Positions 9,647 through 19,602 of a DNA stretch of 64,000 nt are shown piece after piece; the stretch's first letter is position 1; the number at the start of each line of letters is the position of its first letter. The DNA is taken from contig MWDI01000026.1 in NCBI GenBank assembly GCA_002070475.1, positions 2,354 through 66,353 of the forward strand, in the 5' to 3' direction. Under the pieces are notes generated by a model. That model was not told the DNA's origin, did not search any database, and was given only the letters and a program-made list of their open reading frames with translations. The stretch is from Firmicutes bacterium ADurb.Bin146 (GTDB lineage: Bacteria; Bacillota; Clostridia; DUPQ01). Made by a program: the position numbers and the translations under genes.

Positions 9647-10018
9647 TTACCTGTCCTCCTGCTTAAAAACATCCTCTAATGTACTGCCTTTCTTTTTCCC
9701 TTTAGCTACTTCCTCAGCTTCGCTTAGAAGATCCTCTACAGCAGGTCTAATTTTTCTTCTCGTTTCCTTAAATTTCGTTATCAACTCTTGTCCTGAATAA
9801 CCCTGTTCTATTAATTCAGAAAGGATAAATTCTCCAAATTCATCTGAAACATTTTCTCTAATTGGACGGATGACTATCGAATTTTCCTGCAGAATGCACT
9901 CAACTTCGTTACTGAAACTGAGAATAATAAAATATTTTTTTGGAATCGTTATCTGCCTTTTCTTTGATACGCTGATAATTTTTCTTTCATGTTGATTATT
10001 TCTAATATAGTTATTCAT
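9647..10018 (-). CDS. AbrB/MazE/SpoVT-family DNA-binding protein (swapped-hairpin N-terminal domain)
   Basis: ISVSKKRQITIPKKYF...ENSIVIRPI resembles the SpoVT/AbrB looped-hinge motif; start at MNNYIRN (GAGGAG + 7 nt); no adjacent toxin ORF. Confidence 0.55.
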   Translation of the reverse strand: MNNYIRNNQHERKIISVSKKRQITIPKKYFIILSFSNEVECILQENSIVIRPIRENVSDEFGEFILSELIEQGYSGQELITKFKETRRKIRPAVEDLLSEAEEVAKGKKKGSTLEDVFKQEDR

Positions 10019-10131
10019 CCAATATCTCCTCATATAGTAGTTGTCAGTTAAATAAAGAAATATATATTACCAAGATATATGTATTTCTTTGTTTTCATTT
10101 ATATACGAGAAATATATTAATTACAACTTAT

Positions 10132-10926
10132 CTATGTATTACATCTTAAGCTTAAAGCCCTTTTCCATCTCATATAAATTACTCTTGTTATCATAGTAAC
10201 CGGTAGGAATTTTCCTGCTACACTGAATATCCTATTAAGAGCTCCCGGGATGTATACTCTTCTCTTTCTTAAAGATTTGTCTATTGTCTTTCTGGCTACT
10301 ACCTCCAGCCTGTTGGATGTGGCATTCCCGAAGAAACCCTGAACAGCCATACCTTCAATAGCATTCTGTGTCGTGGCAAGGCCTCCTGGACACAATGATA
10401 ATACATATACATTTTTCTCATTGAGCTCTTCATTAAGAGCATAAGAGAAATCTAGTATGAAACGCTTGGATGCTGCGTAAACCGCTTTTAAAGGCATAGG
10501 AAACTGGGAAGCCAGGCTTGATACGTTTATAATCCTGAAAGGTTCATCAACTCTTTTAAAGTTCAGCATCATATATGTAATCCTTAATGTAGCTTCAATG
10601 TTCACTTTTACAATACTATTAATCTGCTCGAAGCTTCTCTGAGTGAAAGCACCTTCGTGATCTATGCCTGCTACATTGAACAGCATATCTATATATATAT
10701 TCCTTATATCTATAAATTTCCTAAACTTCTCAGTCTGTTTTTCATCTGTTATATCGCACGTGAAATATATCACATCCGCATCATAACTTCTAATTAACCC
10801 TTCTGCCAAAGTTTTCAATCCTTGTTCGCATATATCCGTCAGTATCAGGTTATATCCTCTTTTGGCACATTCAACTGCAAAAGCTCTTCCTAAGCCGCCT
10901 GCTGCTCCGGTTATAACTACATTCAT
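10132..10926 (-). CDS. Short-chain dehydrogenase/reductase (SDR)
   Basis: MNVVITGAAGGLGRAF (TGxxxGxG), NVSS...YAASK (YxxxK); ATGA overlap with upstream SDR; GGGAGG RBS. Confidence 0.85.
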   Translation of the reverse strand: MNVVITGAAGGLGRAFAVECAKRGYNLILTDICEQGLKTLAEGLIRSYDADVIYFTCDITDEKQTEKFRKFIDIRNIYIDMLFNVAGIDHEGAFTQRSFEQINSIVKVNIEATLRITYMMLNFKRVDEPFRIINVSSLASQFPMPLKAVYAASKRFILDFSYALNEELNEKNVYVLSLCPGGLATTQNAIEGMAVQGFFGNATSNRLEVVARKTIDKSLRKRRVYIPGALNRIFSVAGKFLPVTMITRVIYMRWKRALSLRCNT

Positions 10927-11777
10927 CGCAACCTCCCGAATTCTACACCGCACAGATTTTCTGAAATACGCCATAGCCTGTCGGCATTCTCCCTGTTCAC
11001 ATAAGAGCTGTACTCTTTCTTTTCCTCACCATGGATATACATGCCTTCCGGATGTGTCTCGCTTGATGTTATGAAGTGATATGTCTTTGCTGGAACATCA
11101 GGTGTCACTCCTTTTTTCTTTCTTAATGACCATACAAGACTCACTATTCCGAAAGTCTGTTTCAAGCCTATTTCGGTATTGACCAGCCCCGGGTCTACAC
11201 AGTATGCCCTTATACCTTTTTTTGAAAATCTATCATTTAAACCAAGTATAAAAAGCATATTTGCAAGCTTTGACTGCTTATATGCCATTAATGGCTTGTA
11301 AAACCGGGTAAACATGAGGTCATCCCATCTCATGCTCATGTTTTTATGTGATTCGGATGATGTGACGATTACCCTTCCTTTTGCTTTAATTAGAGAATCA
11401 ATCAAAGAGTAGGTCATAAGAAAAGGAGCAAGATGATTAAGAGCAAACTGCTGTTCATAACCTTCTTTTGTGGTACAGTATCTGCTTCTTACACACCCAG
11501 CATTGTTAATGAGTACATCTAGCATGCCATCCCAGTTACTATCTATATATTCAATAATCTTTGATGATACTTTTCTCACTTCCGCCATCTGCATAAGATC
11601 AGCATTAAAGTAGGTTATATCTGCATTGTTTTTTTTGGATAAAAGATATATCTTAGCCTTATCACAGGATTCTGCACTTCTTCCAATGCCTATTACCCTG
11701 TGGCCTGCTACCAGCAAAGTTTCACAGACTGCAAGACCTATTCCAGATGTAGCGCCGGTAATTACTATGTTTTTCAT
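10923..11777 (-). CDS. Short-chain dehydrogenase/reductase (SDR)
   Basis: MKNIVITGATSGIGL, NNAG, YKQSK motifs; ATGA overlap with the upstream DUF1700 gene. Confidence 0.85.
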   Translation of the reverse strand: MKNIVITGATSGIGLAVCETLLVAGHRVIGIGRSAESCDKAKIYLLSKKNNADITYFNADLMQMAEVRKVSSKIIEYIDSNWDGMLDVLINNAGCVRSRYCTTKEGYEQQFALNHLAPFLMTYSLIDSLIKAKGRVIVTSSESHKNMSMRWDDLMFTRFYKPLMAYKQSKLANMLFILGLNDRFSKKGIRAYCVDPGLVNTEIGLKQTFGIVSLVWSLRKKKGVTPDVPAKTYHFITSSETHPEGMYIHGEEKKEYSSYVNRENADRLWRISENLCGVEFGRLR

Positions 11778-12496
11778 TGAAACCATTCCCACACATGCCA
11801 GAACTCAAAGGATTTGGCATCAAATGCTGATAAGATATAAGCAGTTATCAAAGCAATAACAAATATGACCAAAGATGCTAAAATAGTAACTCGAAGCGTT
11901 CTTTTCAATTTACCATTAATCTGCAGAAATGTGGCTTTTGCCGGGTATACTGCTTCATTGGATGCTTTTGCCATACAGTTTTTATGAAAACGCGCATATG
12001 AGACTATTAACTGCTTGAACCACATGAATCCATATACTGCCGTTATGAACATGAGGATTGCTAAAGCCAGAAATGCAACTGCAAACAGCACTGCGCTTTT
12101 ATATGGCATGACAGGTATTAATGATGCTATATTCATTTTGGTTATAAGCAGAATTCCTGCTGTTGCAGAAGATACAGCCACTGCCGTTATAACTAGAACG
12201 CCTGCAAACAGAGAAATGAATATGCAAGCAATAAAGATATCAAGAAAAGCCAGTCCTAAACCGGTAAAAAATCTGTTTTTCTTTTTTACGATTTTCTTCG
12301 GCTCGTCCTGTATGAACTGCTTTGCCAGCTCTTTTGGGTCCCCCAGCTTCAAGGATACTTCCTCTTCTGAAAATCCATCAGCCATCTTAAATATAAAATG
12401 TTCTTCATACTCGCTTAATATCTCTTCTATATCGCTCACACCGGCCTGTACAAGACTATTCTTCAGTGTTTCCATAAACTCAATTTTATTCATCAT
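11774..12496 (-). CDS. DUF1700-like membrane protein (PadR-associated)
   Basis: N-terminal soluble helix region MMNKIEFMETLKNSL...EEILSEYEEHF followed by several TM helices; immediately downstream of and overlapping a PadR gene, the usual DUF1700 context. Confidence 0.6.
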   Translation of the reverse strand: MMNKIEFMETLKNSLVQAGVSDIEEILSEYEEHFIFKMADGFSEEEVSLKLGDPKELAKQFIQDEPKKIVKKKNRFFTGLGLAFLDIFIACIFISLFAGVLVITAVAVSSATAGILLITKMNIASLIPVMPYKSAVLFAVAFLALAILMFITAVYGFMWFKQLIVSYARFHKNCMAKASNEAVYPAKATFLQINGKLKRTLRVTILASLVIFVIALITAYILSAFDAKSFEFWHVWEWFQ

Positions 12497-12824
12497 CTGC
12501 CTCCTTAATTAATTCATGCACCGTATCTACAAAGTCCAGCCATTCCTGCCTGTCCTTTAAATATGCTTCTCTTCCCGTCTTTGTAAGCTTGTAGTATTTC
12601 CTGGGCGGTCCTCCACTTTCCTCACAAAGATAAGTAGTCACTAGACCTTCGCTTTTTAATTTTCTTAAAATGGGATAAACAGTTCCGTCAGATATATCTA
12701 TATGTTTGGACAGATATTCAGATATGTCATATCCATATCTATCCGCTTTATACAATAATGAGAATATACACAGTTCTATTACCCCTTTTTTATATTGAAT
12801 ATTCAAAAAACCTACCTCCATCAA
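12486..12824 (-). CDS. PadR-family transcriptional regulator
   Basis: 112 aa, ...ELCIFSLLYKADRYGYDISEYLSK...DGTVYPILRKLKSEGLV...RKYYKLT winged-helix signature. Confidence 0.88.
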   Translation of the reverse strand: MMEVGFLNIQYKKGVIELCIFSLLYKADRYGYDISEYLSKHIDISDGTVYPILRKLKSEGLVTTYLCEESGGPPRKYYKLTKTGREAYLKDRQEWLDFVDTVHELIKEADDE

Positions 12825-12954
12825 TACTATACTTGCTATACTATTGAATAATATATAGTAGTTGGATAAATGTCAATACCTTTTATTAAATATTTAATAT
12901 TGAAGATAATTGATATTTACATTGACTAATTGTTTCTAATAGAAATTATATTAA

Positions 12955-13845
12955 TTATATGCTTAACAGTATTTCCTGCACTGTCTTTATATCCGGTATC
13001 GTTTCTGCTGCGCCATGCTTCGTTACAGTAATAGCTGCAGCCATGCTTGCCATCTTCATGCATTCTTCTATCTTTAAGCCTTTTGCTATCCCTGCAGTAA
13101 AATACCCCATGAATGTATCGCCTGCGGCTGTAGTATCTTTTGCCTCGACCTTATAGCTTTCCTGATAAACAGTTTTCTCTTTATCCTTATATATAGAGCC
13201 GGCAGGACCTAGAGTAAGTACTATCTTTATATCAGGATATTTATAAAGCATGTTTTGCAGTATCATGTCTGGTTCTTTTTCCTTACTTAAAGCTTCACCC
13301 TCAATCTCATTAATAACCAGGTATGTGACTTTGCTCATATCTATATTTAGTAACAAGCTGTCAATAGGTGATGCATTAAAAACAGTCCTCATCTTCATTT
13401 CATGAGCTTTTTCTAATATATATTCTAATTCTGATACCTCATTATTTACCATTAGAATATCCTCTGAATCAAATCTATTTAGAACCTTATTTATATATTC
13501 TTTTGTTATCATCTTATTAGAACCACCATAAACAAGTATGGAATTTCTGCCGTCTTTGTCCACCTGTATAACTGCATGTCCTTGTTCACAATTACAATTA
13601 TCAATCAAAGTTATATCTATATTATTATCATTCAGATATTTTGTTAGAATATTGCCTTCAGATCCTATCATGCCTGCATGGAATGTTTTTTCACCTGCTC
13701 TCGATACCGCGATAGACTGGTTTAATCCTTTGCCTCCGACATTAGTCTCGATTGAAAGAACGTTCAAAGTTTCACCTTCTTTTACTATGTGCTCGACCTT
13801 GTACACATAATCAATATTCATAGAGCCTATATTGAGTATCTTCAT
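12955..13845 (-). CDS. PfkB-family carbohydrate kinase (ribokinase-like)
   Basis: Start at MKILNIGSMNIDYVY (AGGAGG + 7 nt); GGKGLNQSIA and DTTAAGDTF...G motifs typical of ribokinase. Confidence 0.8.
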   Translation of the reverse strand: MKILNIGSMNIDYVYKVEHIVKEGETLNVLSIETNVGGKGLNQSIAVSRAGEKTFHAGMIGSEGNILTKYLNDNNIDITLIDNCNCEQGHAVIQVDKDGRNSILVYGGSNKMITKEYINKVLNRFDSEDILMVNNEVSELEYILEKAHEMKMRTVFNASPIDSLLLNIDMSKVTYLVINEIEGEALSKEKEPDMILQNMLYKYPDIKIVLTLGPAGSIYKDKEKTVYQESYKVEAKDTTAAGDTFMGYFTAGIAKGLKIEECMKMASMAAAITVTKHGAAETIPDIKTVQEILLSI

Positions 13846-13909
13846 ATCAATACCTCCTGTAATATCATCTACTGCTAAATTATATATATGCAAAATAATC
13901 TCAAGCAGC

Positions 13910-15115
13910 TTATTGCTGTTTTATTACTTTGTTTTTTCTGTCAAGTATTAGAAAGAGTATAAATACAATTGGGAAACCTATTGAAGCCAAAAGGCCTGCT
14001 TTCAAGTCATTATTAAAAACAGAAGCAACCTTTCCAGTAACATAAGGCCCGAAGGAACAACCTAAATCACCTGCAAATGCCAGTAATGCGAACATGGCAG
14101 TGCCACCATATCTTATCTGTTTTGATGCTAATGAAAAAGTTCCCGGCCACATTATTCCTACTGAAAAACCACACAGCGCGCATCCAGCAAATCCTACAAT
14201 TGCTGATGTTGAAAGTGAAGCCATCAGATATCCTGCCAAACAAAGAATTCCGCATATTATCATGTATCTGTTAAGATCCCACTTATCACCTTTTTTCGCA
14301 AACAGCACTCTTGAAAAACCCATAAGAATAGCGAATACAAGCGGTCCTGCTAAATCGCCTGCTGTTTTTGACACATTAAGTCCGGATTCAGCAAAAGCAG
14401 AAGCCCACTGGCTCATTGCCTGCTCACTCGCGCCTGCTGTAATCATAAGGATAATAACAAACCAAAATATCCTGTTTTTCAATAAATCTCTAATACTCAA
14501 ATAGCCATTTTCTCCTTTATCCAGTGTATATATGGGAACTTTAAGAAAATATATTGCATTTAAAAGTGGAACCATAGCCCAAAATAGCGAGAGATATTTC
14601 CAGTTTTCAATACCAAAAATCACAAAGAAAAGCGTAGACAATATGACTACCAGCACATGTCCCCAACAATAAAATGAATGAAGCAGGCTCATGACACTTT
14701 CTTTGTTTTTTGTCGGACAAGCTTCTGCGATAGGCGAGATTATTACCTCTGTTATCCCTCCTCCAACAGCATAGACTATTATAGATATGAGTATCCCTAG
14801 GTAATGGTCATTCATCATATCAGGCAGAAACGCTAATAGTATTAATCCTGCAGCAGCAAAAATATGTGCTATTACTGCAGAAGTCCTATAACCTATTTTG
14901 TCTATACATTTCACACCTATTAAGTCAACAGTTATCTGAACCATAAAGTTTACAGATACTAGTAAAGCTATCTTGTCGAGCTGTATGCCATAACTGCTAT
15001 TAAAAGTCAGAAAAAGCAAAGGTGCGAAGTTATTTATTATTGCCTGCACAATGTATCCTATACTGCATGCGTTCAATGTGTGTTTGTGTTTTTTAAAAGG
15101 AGTAATCATAAGCAC
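13910..15115 (-). CDS. MFS transporter
   Basis: 401-aa ORF, ~12 hydrophobic segments in 6+6 layout. Confidence 0.75.
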   Translation of the reverse strand: MLMITPFKKHKHTLNACSIGYIVQAIINNFAPLLFLTFNSSYGIQLDKIALLVSVNFMVQITVDLIGVKCIDKIGYRTSAVIAHIFAAAGLILLAFLPDMMNDHYLGILISIIVYAVGGGITEVIISPIAEACPTKNKESVMSLLHSFYCWGHVLVVILSTLFFVIFGIENWKYLSLFWAMVPLLNAIYFLKVPIYTLDKGENGYLSIRDLLKNRIFWFVIILMITAGASEQAMSQWASAFAESGLNVSKTAGDLAGPLVFAILMGFSRVLFAKKGDKWDLNRYMIICGILCLAGYLMASLSTSAIVGFAGCALCGFSVGIMWPGTFSLASKQIRYGGTAMFALLAFAGDLGCSFGPYVTGKVASVFNNDLKAGLLASIGFPIVFILFLILDRKNKVIKQQ

Positions 15116-15249
15116 CTTAATCAGTAGATATTATTTTGCTATTATACCATTAAAATAAAAATACTCTTTTGAAGAAGATAAAATTTTATCTTTAATTATT
15201 TGTTTTTTATCCGATTTATACATTTTTTAAGTTGAAGCTGTTATAAATT

Positions 15250-16071
15250 CTATATTAGTTTTTCATAATCCAATACTCTTTGTTTTATATCTGCACAATT
15301 TTCTAAATTGCAATATTCAAGGATGAATGGAGTATTGGGAGTATATTTTTTATATAGCCTTAAGAATTTAACCCAGTCTATGTCTCCTTCTCCGACATTT
15401 CTTCCATACGCATCATTTACTTTCCTGTCTTTACCATGAAAATATGCCACGTAATTTTTAAGATATCTGAACATGTCCTCTTCATCGGAATTTGCAAATA
15501 AATTTGCGGGATCTAGTAATATTTTAAGATTATCCCTTTCACACTGTAATATTAAATCTCTAGTTCTTTTGGCAGAAGGTGTAAGATCAAGTATACATGG
15601 TTCAAATGCAATAGATACATTATATCTTTTTGCTATATCTAAAAGATTGATCATATTAGATTTGAAGTAATCGAAATCCTTTTCGTATGTATCGGCATTA
15701 ATGCCTCTTCTTCCGGGTATGAATCCTGATTCAGTGGACACAAATTTTATACCATTATTTGCGGCAATCTGGATATATCTTTCGTATGCCTTGAAATTTT
15801 TTGCAAGCTTTATTGGATCTGGCTCTAACAAAGAGGAAAATGCTCCGATAGACACTATTTCAATAGAATTATCCTTAAATGTTTTCACGATGCTTGCTGC
15901 AAGCTCATCTGTCAGTTCATCCATAGGTTTATAACCATTATATTGCCAAGTATTTATGTTGCTGAACATAAAACACAATTCCGTTGTTTTAAACCCAAAT
16001 TTATTTAAATATCCTGCGCATTCCACTGGTGTGATATTCGGAAATCCTCTTGTTACCATTCCAATATCCAT
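15250..16071 (-). CDS. Sugar phosphate isomerase/epimerase (xylose-isomerase-like TIM barrel)
   Basis: 273 aa; ...SIAFEPC..., LLDPANL, FHGKD..., EY motif pattern typical of AP_endonuc_2/TIM-barrel family. Confidence 0.65.
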   Translation of the reverse strand: MDIGMVTRGFPNITPVECAGYLNKFGFKTTELCFMFSNINTWQYNGYKPMDELTDELAASIVKTFKDNSIEIVSIGAFSSLLEPDPIKLAKNFKAYERYIQIAANNGIKFVSTESGFIPGRRGINADTYEKDFDYFKSNMINLLDIAKRYNVSIAFEPCILDLTPSAKRTRDLILQCERDNLKILLDPANLFANSDEEDMFRYLKNYVAYFHGKDRKVNDAYGRNVGEGDIDWVKFLRLYKKYTPNTPFILEYCNLENCADIKQRVLDYEKLI

Positions 16072-16084
16072 TATTTATCTCCTT

Positions 16085-16630
16085 TTAATGCTTCTTTAAT
16101 ATGTCAGTCTGCTGGTTATCTGGAATAATCCATCCTTTTTTATACAGGATATTCCGTACAGGCCTCAAAACAAAATAAATGATGAGGGTCTCAATTATAA
16201 TTACTGCGGCAGTCTTAATGCTTCTAGCTATAAAAAGCTCGTCGATAGGGATTTTGTATAGTACATATAACGCAATACTCATAAGCAGAAAATCGCTTAC
16301 AAAAGCTTTTGTAAGTACAGTAAATACAGTCCTTCTTGCTGTAATTTCTTTGTTATACAGAAAAAAACCATAAATAAGTCCGTTAGCGACAGCAACTATT
16401 GATATTAAAGGAGAATACGGTCCTGTCGGGAATAGAAAACCACCCAGAATATCTGCAAGAACTGCAGAAAGAGCACCCCATGCTGGCCCAAACAGTATTG
16501 ATCCAAGCGCTATTGATACGAATTCTACCCCTATTCTTACAAACTGCAGGTTAATAGCCAAAAGTTTTGCCAGAATTACCGTTAATGCAGTTAATAAAGA
16601 TAAAATTGCTATTCTCCTTGTGTTATTCAA
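16085..16630 (-). CDS. ECF-transporter S component, folate-family-like
   Basis: 181 aa, 6 TM; RRIAILSLLTALTVILAKLL...RIGVEFVSIALGSILFGPAWGALSAVLADILGGFLF resembles FolT-type S components; 4-nt overlap with the upstream URO-D-like gene. Confidence 0.55.
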   Translation of the reverse strand: MNNTRRIAILSLLTALTVILAKLLAINLQFVRIGVEFVSIALGSILFGPAWGALSAVLADILGGFLFPTGPYSPLISIVAVANGLIYGFFLYNKEITARRTVFTVLTKAFVSDFLLMSIALYVLYKIPIDELFIARSIKTAAVIIIETLIIYFVLRPVRNILYKKGWIIPDNQQTDILKKH

Positions 16631-17625
16631 CGGATAGCCCCTTTTATGCTATACTCTTTAAGAAGAGTAAGATACTTCCAGTAATTTTCCAAAGATACTC
16701 CTGGTGGAGTCTGATGATCTACACTTGGTATATACCCTCCTGATTTCATAGTCGGTAGAAGCCTCTCAAATTCTTCACGCATTGCTTCTTCAGAAACATC
16801 CATAACCATTTTGTCATATGCTCCTATTACAAGGAAATCAGGATAATTCTGTCTTATCCGGTTAACATCCACCCCTGCTTTTCTTTCTAGAGGCAGTGCT
16901 CCTCTAATCCCTGCTCTTTGAAGCCAAGGAATCATGCCTTCAAGCTGTCCGTCAGTATCAACAAGCGGAATAGTACCCAGACTTTCGATGTATGGAACAG
17001 TCTGTTTATAGTAAGGTAGAAGAAACTCATCAAACATATCCTCAGAAAGCATAGGACCAAGATTATATGACATGTCCTCGGCAAAAGTCATAAAATCCGG
17101 ATGTATTGCTTCACTCATCTTCTCAAAAACATATTTAATATAGTGTGTGTTATCTTGGTTCATCCTGTGCATAAGTTCAGGGTTATCATAAAATGCATAA
17201 AGATGGTCCTCTATCCCAAACAGAGTTCTTGGGAACCAGAAGAATCCATCTACAGTTATCCATACTACAAGCTCCCCGTCATCATGCATTTTCTTATATT
17301 TTGCGGCATCTTCAACTGCGGCATCAACCTTGCTCTTATCATAAAGATATGGTTTTAATCTTTCATATGTCTCCATATCAGTTATTTTTCTTTTATCAGC
17401 AGCAAGATTACTGAACTCCCTTGACCTTGATCCGATCCAATACTGTTTAAGCCTGTCTAGACCAAAATATGTATGTTTAATATCTTCTTTGACTGGCAAA
17501 TCAGGAGCTCCTTCGGAAATGAATCTAGCAATGGTCTTGTCCCACCAACCCGCCCATTCAATCATAGGAAGCCTGTCAACCGGTTTAAAATTCATTACAT
17601 TTAGAAATCTTTCTCTTTGGTTCAT
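16627..17625 (-). CDS. Uroporphyrinogen-decarboxylase-family (URO-D fold) protein, paralogue A
   Basis: 332 aa; C-terminal GGYIPSVDHQTPPGVSLENY shared with paralogue B; no haem-pathway neighbours. Confidence 0.65.
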   Translation of the reverse strand: MNQRERFLNVMNFKPVDRLPMIEWAGWWDKTIARFISEGAPDLPVKEDIKHTYFGLDRLKQYWIGSRSREFSNLAADKRKITDMETYERLKPYLYDKSKVDAAVEDAAKYKKMHDDGELVVWITVDGFFWFPRTLFGIEDHLYAFYDNPELMHRMNQDNTHYIKYVFEKMSEAIHPDFMTFAEDMSYNLGPMLSEDMFDEFLLPYYKQTVPYIESLGTIPLVDTDGQLEGMIPWLQRAGIRGALPLERKAGVDVNRIRQNYPDFLVIGAYDKMVMDVSEEAMREEFERLLPTMKSGGYIPSVDHQTPPGVSLENYWKYLTLLKEYSIKGAIR

Positions 17626-17672
17626 ATCTACACCTCGTGGTTATATTATCAGCCTATTAAGTTATAGTCAAT

Positions 17673-19601
17673 TCAATTTACTTGTAAAATTTTCTCAAAT
17701 TCCTCATATGGCATAGGTTGATAATAGTAGTAACCCTGCACTATGTCACAATCAAGGGATTTTAAAACATCAACCTGCTCTTTTGACTCAACACCTTCGC
17801 ATATTATCTGCAAATCCATGCTATGCGCAATATCCGCAATACCTTTTATCATTTTTTTCGTCTTGCTGTTTTCCAAGTTATATATCATACTTTTATCAAG
17901 TTTTAGAAAATCCAGCATGAAGTTTGGAAGATCTGCAAATGATGCATAACCTGTACCGAAATCATCCAAAGAAATAGTAAAACCAAGTTCTTTAAGCTTG
18001 TTCACAATCTCGTTCATCATTTTTGCATTTTCTGCTATAAGGCTTTCTGTAACTTCTATATTAAGATAATACGGAGGTACTTCATATTTTGAAGCTATGA
18101 TAAATATCTTGTCACAAAAACTAGTATTGATGAAGTGCGATCTTGCAAAGTTTACTGATACAGGAACTACTTTTTTCCCTTCTTTAAGACTCTGTGAGAT
18201 AAGCTGGCATGCTTTTTCAAACATATACAAGTCAAATGCTATTATAGTGCCGCTTTTTTCAAAAACTGGTATATACTCTCCCGGGCGTATAAGCCCTCGT
18301 CTGGGATTGTACCACCTTGATAATATCTCTCCTCCACAGATACTGTTATCTTCAAGATAGATTTTTGGCTGTATGTATATAAGGAATTCAGCTTTCTGCA
18401 TACTTGATAAAAATTCCTGTTGTAAAAGATTTTCCTCCATAGTCATTATGTGAATAGTCTCATCATAAAACATATATCTTAATTCATCTTTGTCCTTTAT
18501 GAACTGGCGAGCTTGAAGTGATTTCTGCATAAGTATATCCATATTTGTTTCCTCATATTTGGGGGTATATATTCCAATACTGAGAACCACAGGATATTCG
18601 GATTTTTTTATTTCATATTTTTCATTTACCCTGTTTATTACCTGGGTTATTCTAGCTGCCATTTCAGACTTTTCTGTAAACTGGAGTAAAAGTATGAAAT
18701 CATCATTATTCGCTTTTACCAGGATCTCGTTGTTGTATATAAGGTCATCGAGTATGACGGCAATATCAGTCTGGACTTTATCTGCTTCAGGATATCCGAA
18801 AACTTCTCTTATGTAATCCAGATTATTAACGACAAGATTCGCCATACAGTAGGAGCTTATATTCATAGAACTAATGGACACATCGGTAATAGCTTTCATT
18901 CCCTTAATGTTAGGATATCCGGTAAGCCTGTCAGTGTTTAAGAATAAAGTCTTCTGCTTTTTATATCTAGAAAAAGCTATAAGGACAGTAAAAGCAATCA
19001 CTGCAACTATAATAAACGCTGATATTGCTATTACTATATATACTTTGGTATTATCAAACATTTTTTCATACTGCACAGCTTCAGCTGCAATGATGGAGCT
19101 TATCTCTTGCTCAGATATTGTATAAATAGCACGGTCAATCAGTGCTATGACTTCTAATGGCGCTCTTTTTGTATATTGTATAGCTATATTGTGTCCGCTG
19201 AAATTTGCAAGCTGTCGTGATGTTATAAAATCTGTGTTTTGATATACACTTGAAATAGTAATATCTGCTTGAAGATTAGTGCCGTATTGTATAGCTTTTT
19301 CTAAATCTTTTGTCTGTATATACTCGAATTTGAATCCAGTGAGCTCTGATACATGTGAAAGGATCTGTACTATAACGCCTTCATACTTTTTATTGGATGG
19401 GTTATAGAATTCAAAAGGGAAGTTTTTACTGTCTAAAGCAACATAAACAACCGGATAAGAGGACACTACTGTTTTTTCCTCTTCTGTTAATATAAATTCT
19501 TCTTCTAATATAAATTCTTCTTCAGATGCCTTAACATTGCATATTGATAATGCTATTAGAATACAGGATAGTATTATTATGATAACTTTCCTTTTAGCCA
19601 T
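17673..19601 (-). CDS. Membrane sensor c-di-GMP phosphodiesterase: SBP-like ectodomain / TM / degenerate GGDEF / EAL
   Basis: Start at MAKRKVIIIIL (AAGGGAG RBS). EAL motifs EILSR, VSVNFA, IEVTES, DDFGTGYAS, KLDKS, EGVES, QGY all present; GGDEF position reads NDDF. Confidence 0.85.
   Translation of the reverse strand: MAKRKVIIIILSCILIALSICNVKASEEEFILEEEFILTEEEKTVVSSYPVVYVALDSKNFPFEFYNPSNKKYEGVIVQILSHVSELTGFKFEYIQTKDLEKAIQYGTNLQADITISSVYQNTDFITSRQLANFSGHNIAIQYTKRAPLEVIALIDRAIYTISEQEISSIIAAEAVQYEKMFDNTKVYIVIAISAFIIVAVIAFTVLIAFSRYKKQKTLFLNTDRLTGYPNIKGMKAITDVSISSMNISSYCMANLVVNNLDYIREVFGYPEADKVQTDIAVILDDLIYNNEILVKANNDDFILLLQFTEKSEMAARITQVINRVNEKYEIKKSEYPVVLSIGIYTPKYEETNMDILMQKSLQARQFIKDKDELRYMFYDETIHIMTMEENLLQQEFLSSMQKAEFLIYIQPKIYLEDNSICGGEILSRWYNPRRGLIRPGEYIPVFEKSGTIIAFDLYMFEKACQLISQSLKEGKKVVPVSVNFARSHFINTSFCDKIFIIASKYEVPPYYLNIEVTESLIAENAKMMNEIVNKLKELGFTISLDDFGTGYASFADLPNFMLDFLKLDKSMIYNLENSKTKKMIKGIADIAHSMDLQIICEGVESKEQVDVLKSLDCDIVQGYYYYQPMPYEEFEKILQVN
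19488..19523. repeat. Perfect 18-bp tandem duplication inside the phosphodiesterase gene
   Basis: taatataaattcttcttc x2 (19488..19505, 19506..19523), encoding EEEFIL EEEFIL just after the signal anchor. Confidence 0.9.
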
Positions 19602-19602
19602 T

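Noticed and set aside
12015-12512. 165-aa plus-strand ORF antisense to the DUF1700 gene
   Set aside because: A shadow ORF. The minus-strand gene has overlap coupling with PadR and SDR genes.
12839-12860. TACTAT-N10-ATAGTA inverted repeat upstream of the PadR gene as a possible operator; also the 12-bp palindrome TTGAATATTCAA at 12794..12805
   Set aside because: Six-bp arms in very AT-rich DNA are expected by chance, and the palindrome lies inside the coding region. This is not enough to assert a PadR box.
14067-14504. Cluster of short ORFs on both strands (14067..14255, 14077..14274, 14094..14504) inside the MFS transporter gene
   Set aside because: All are nested within the 401-aa transporter ORF, which has a coherent 12-TM pattern. 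They show no independent start signals.
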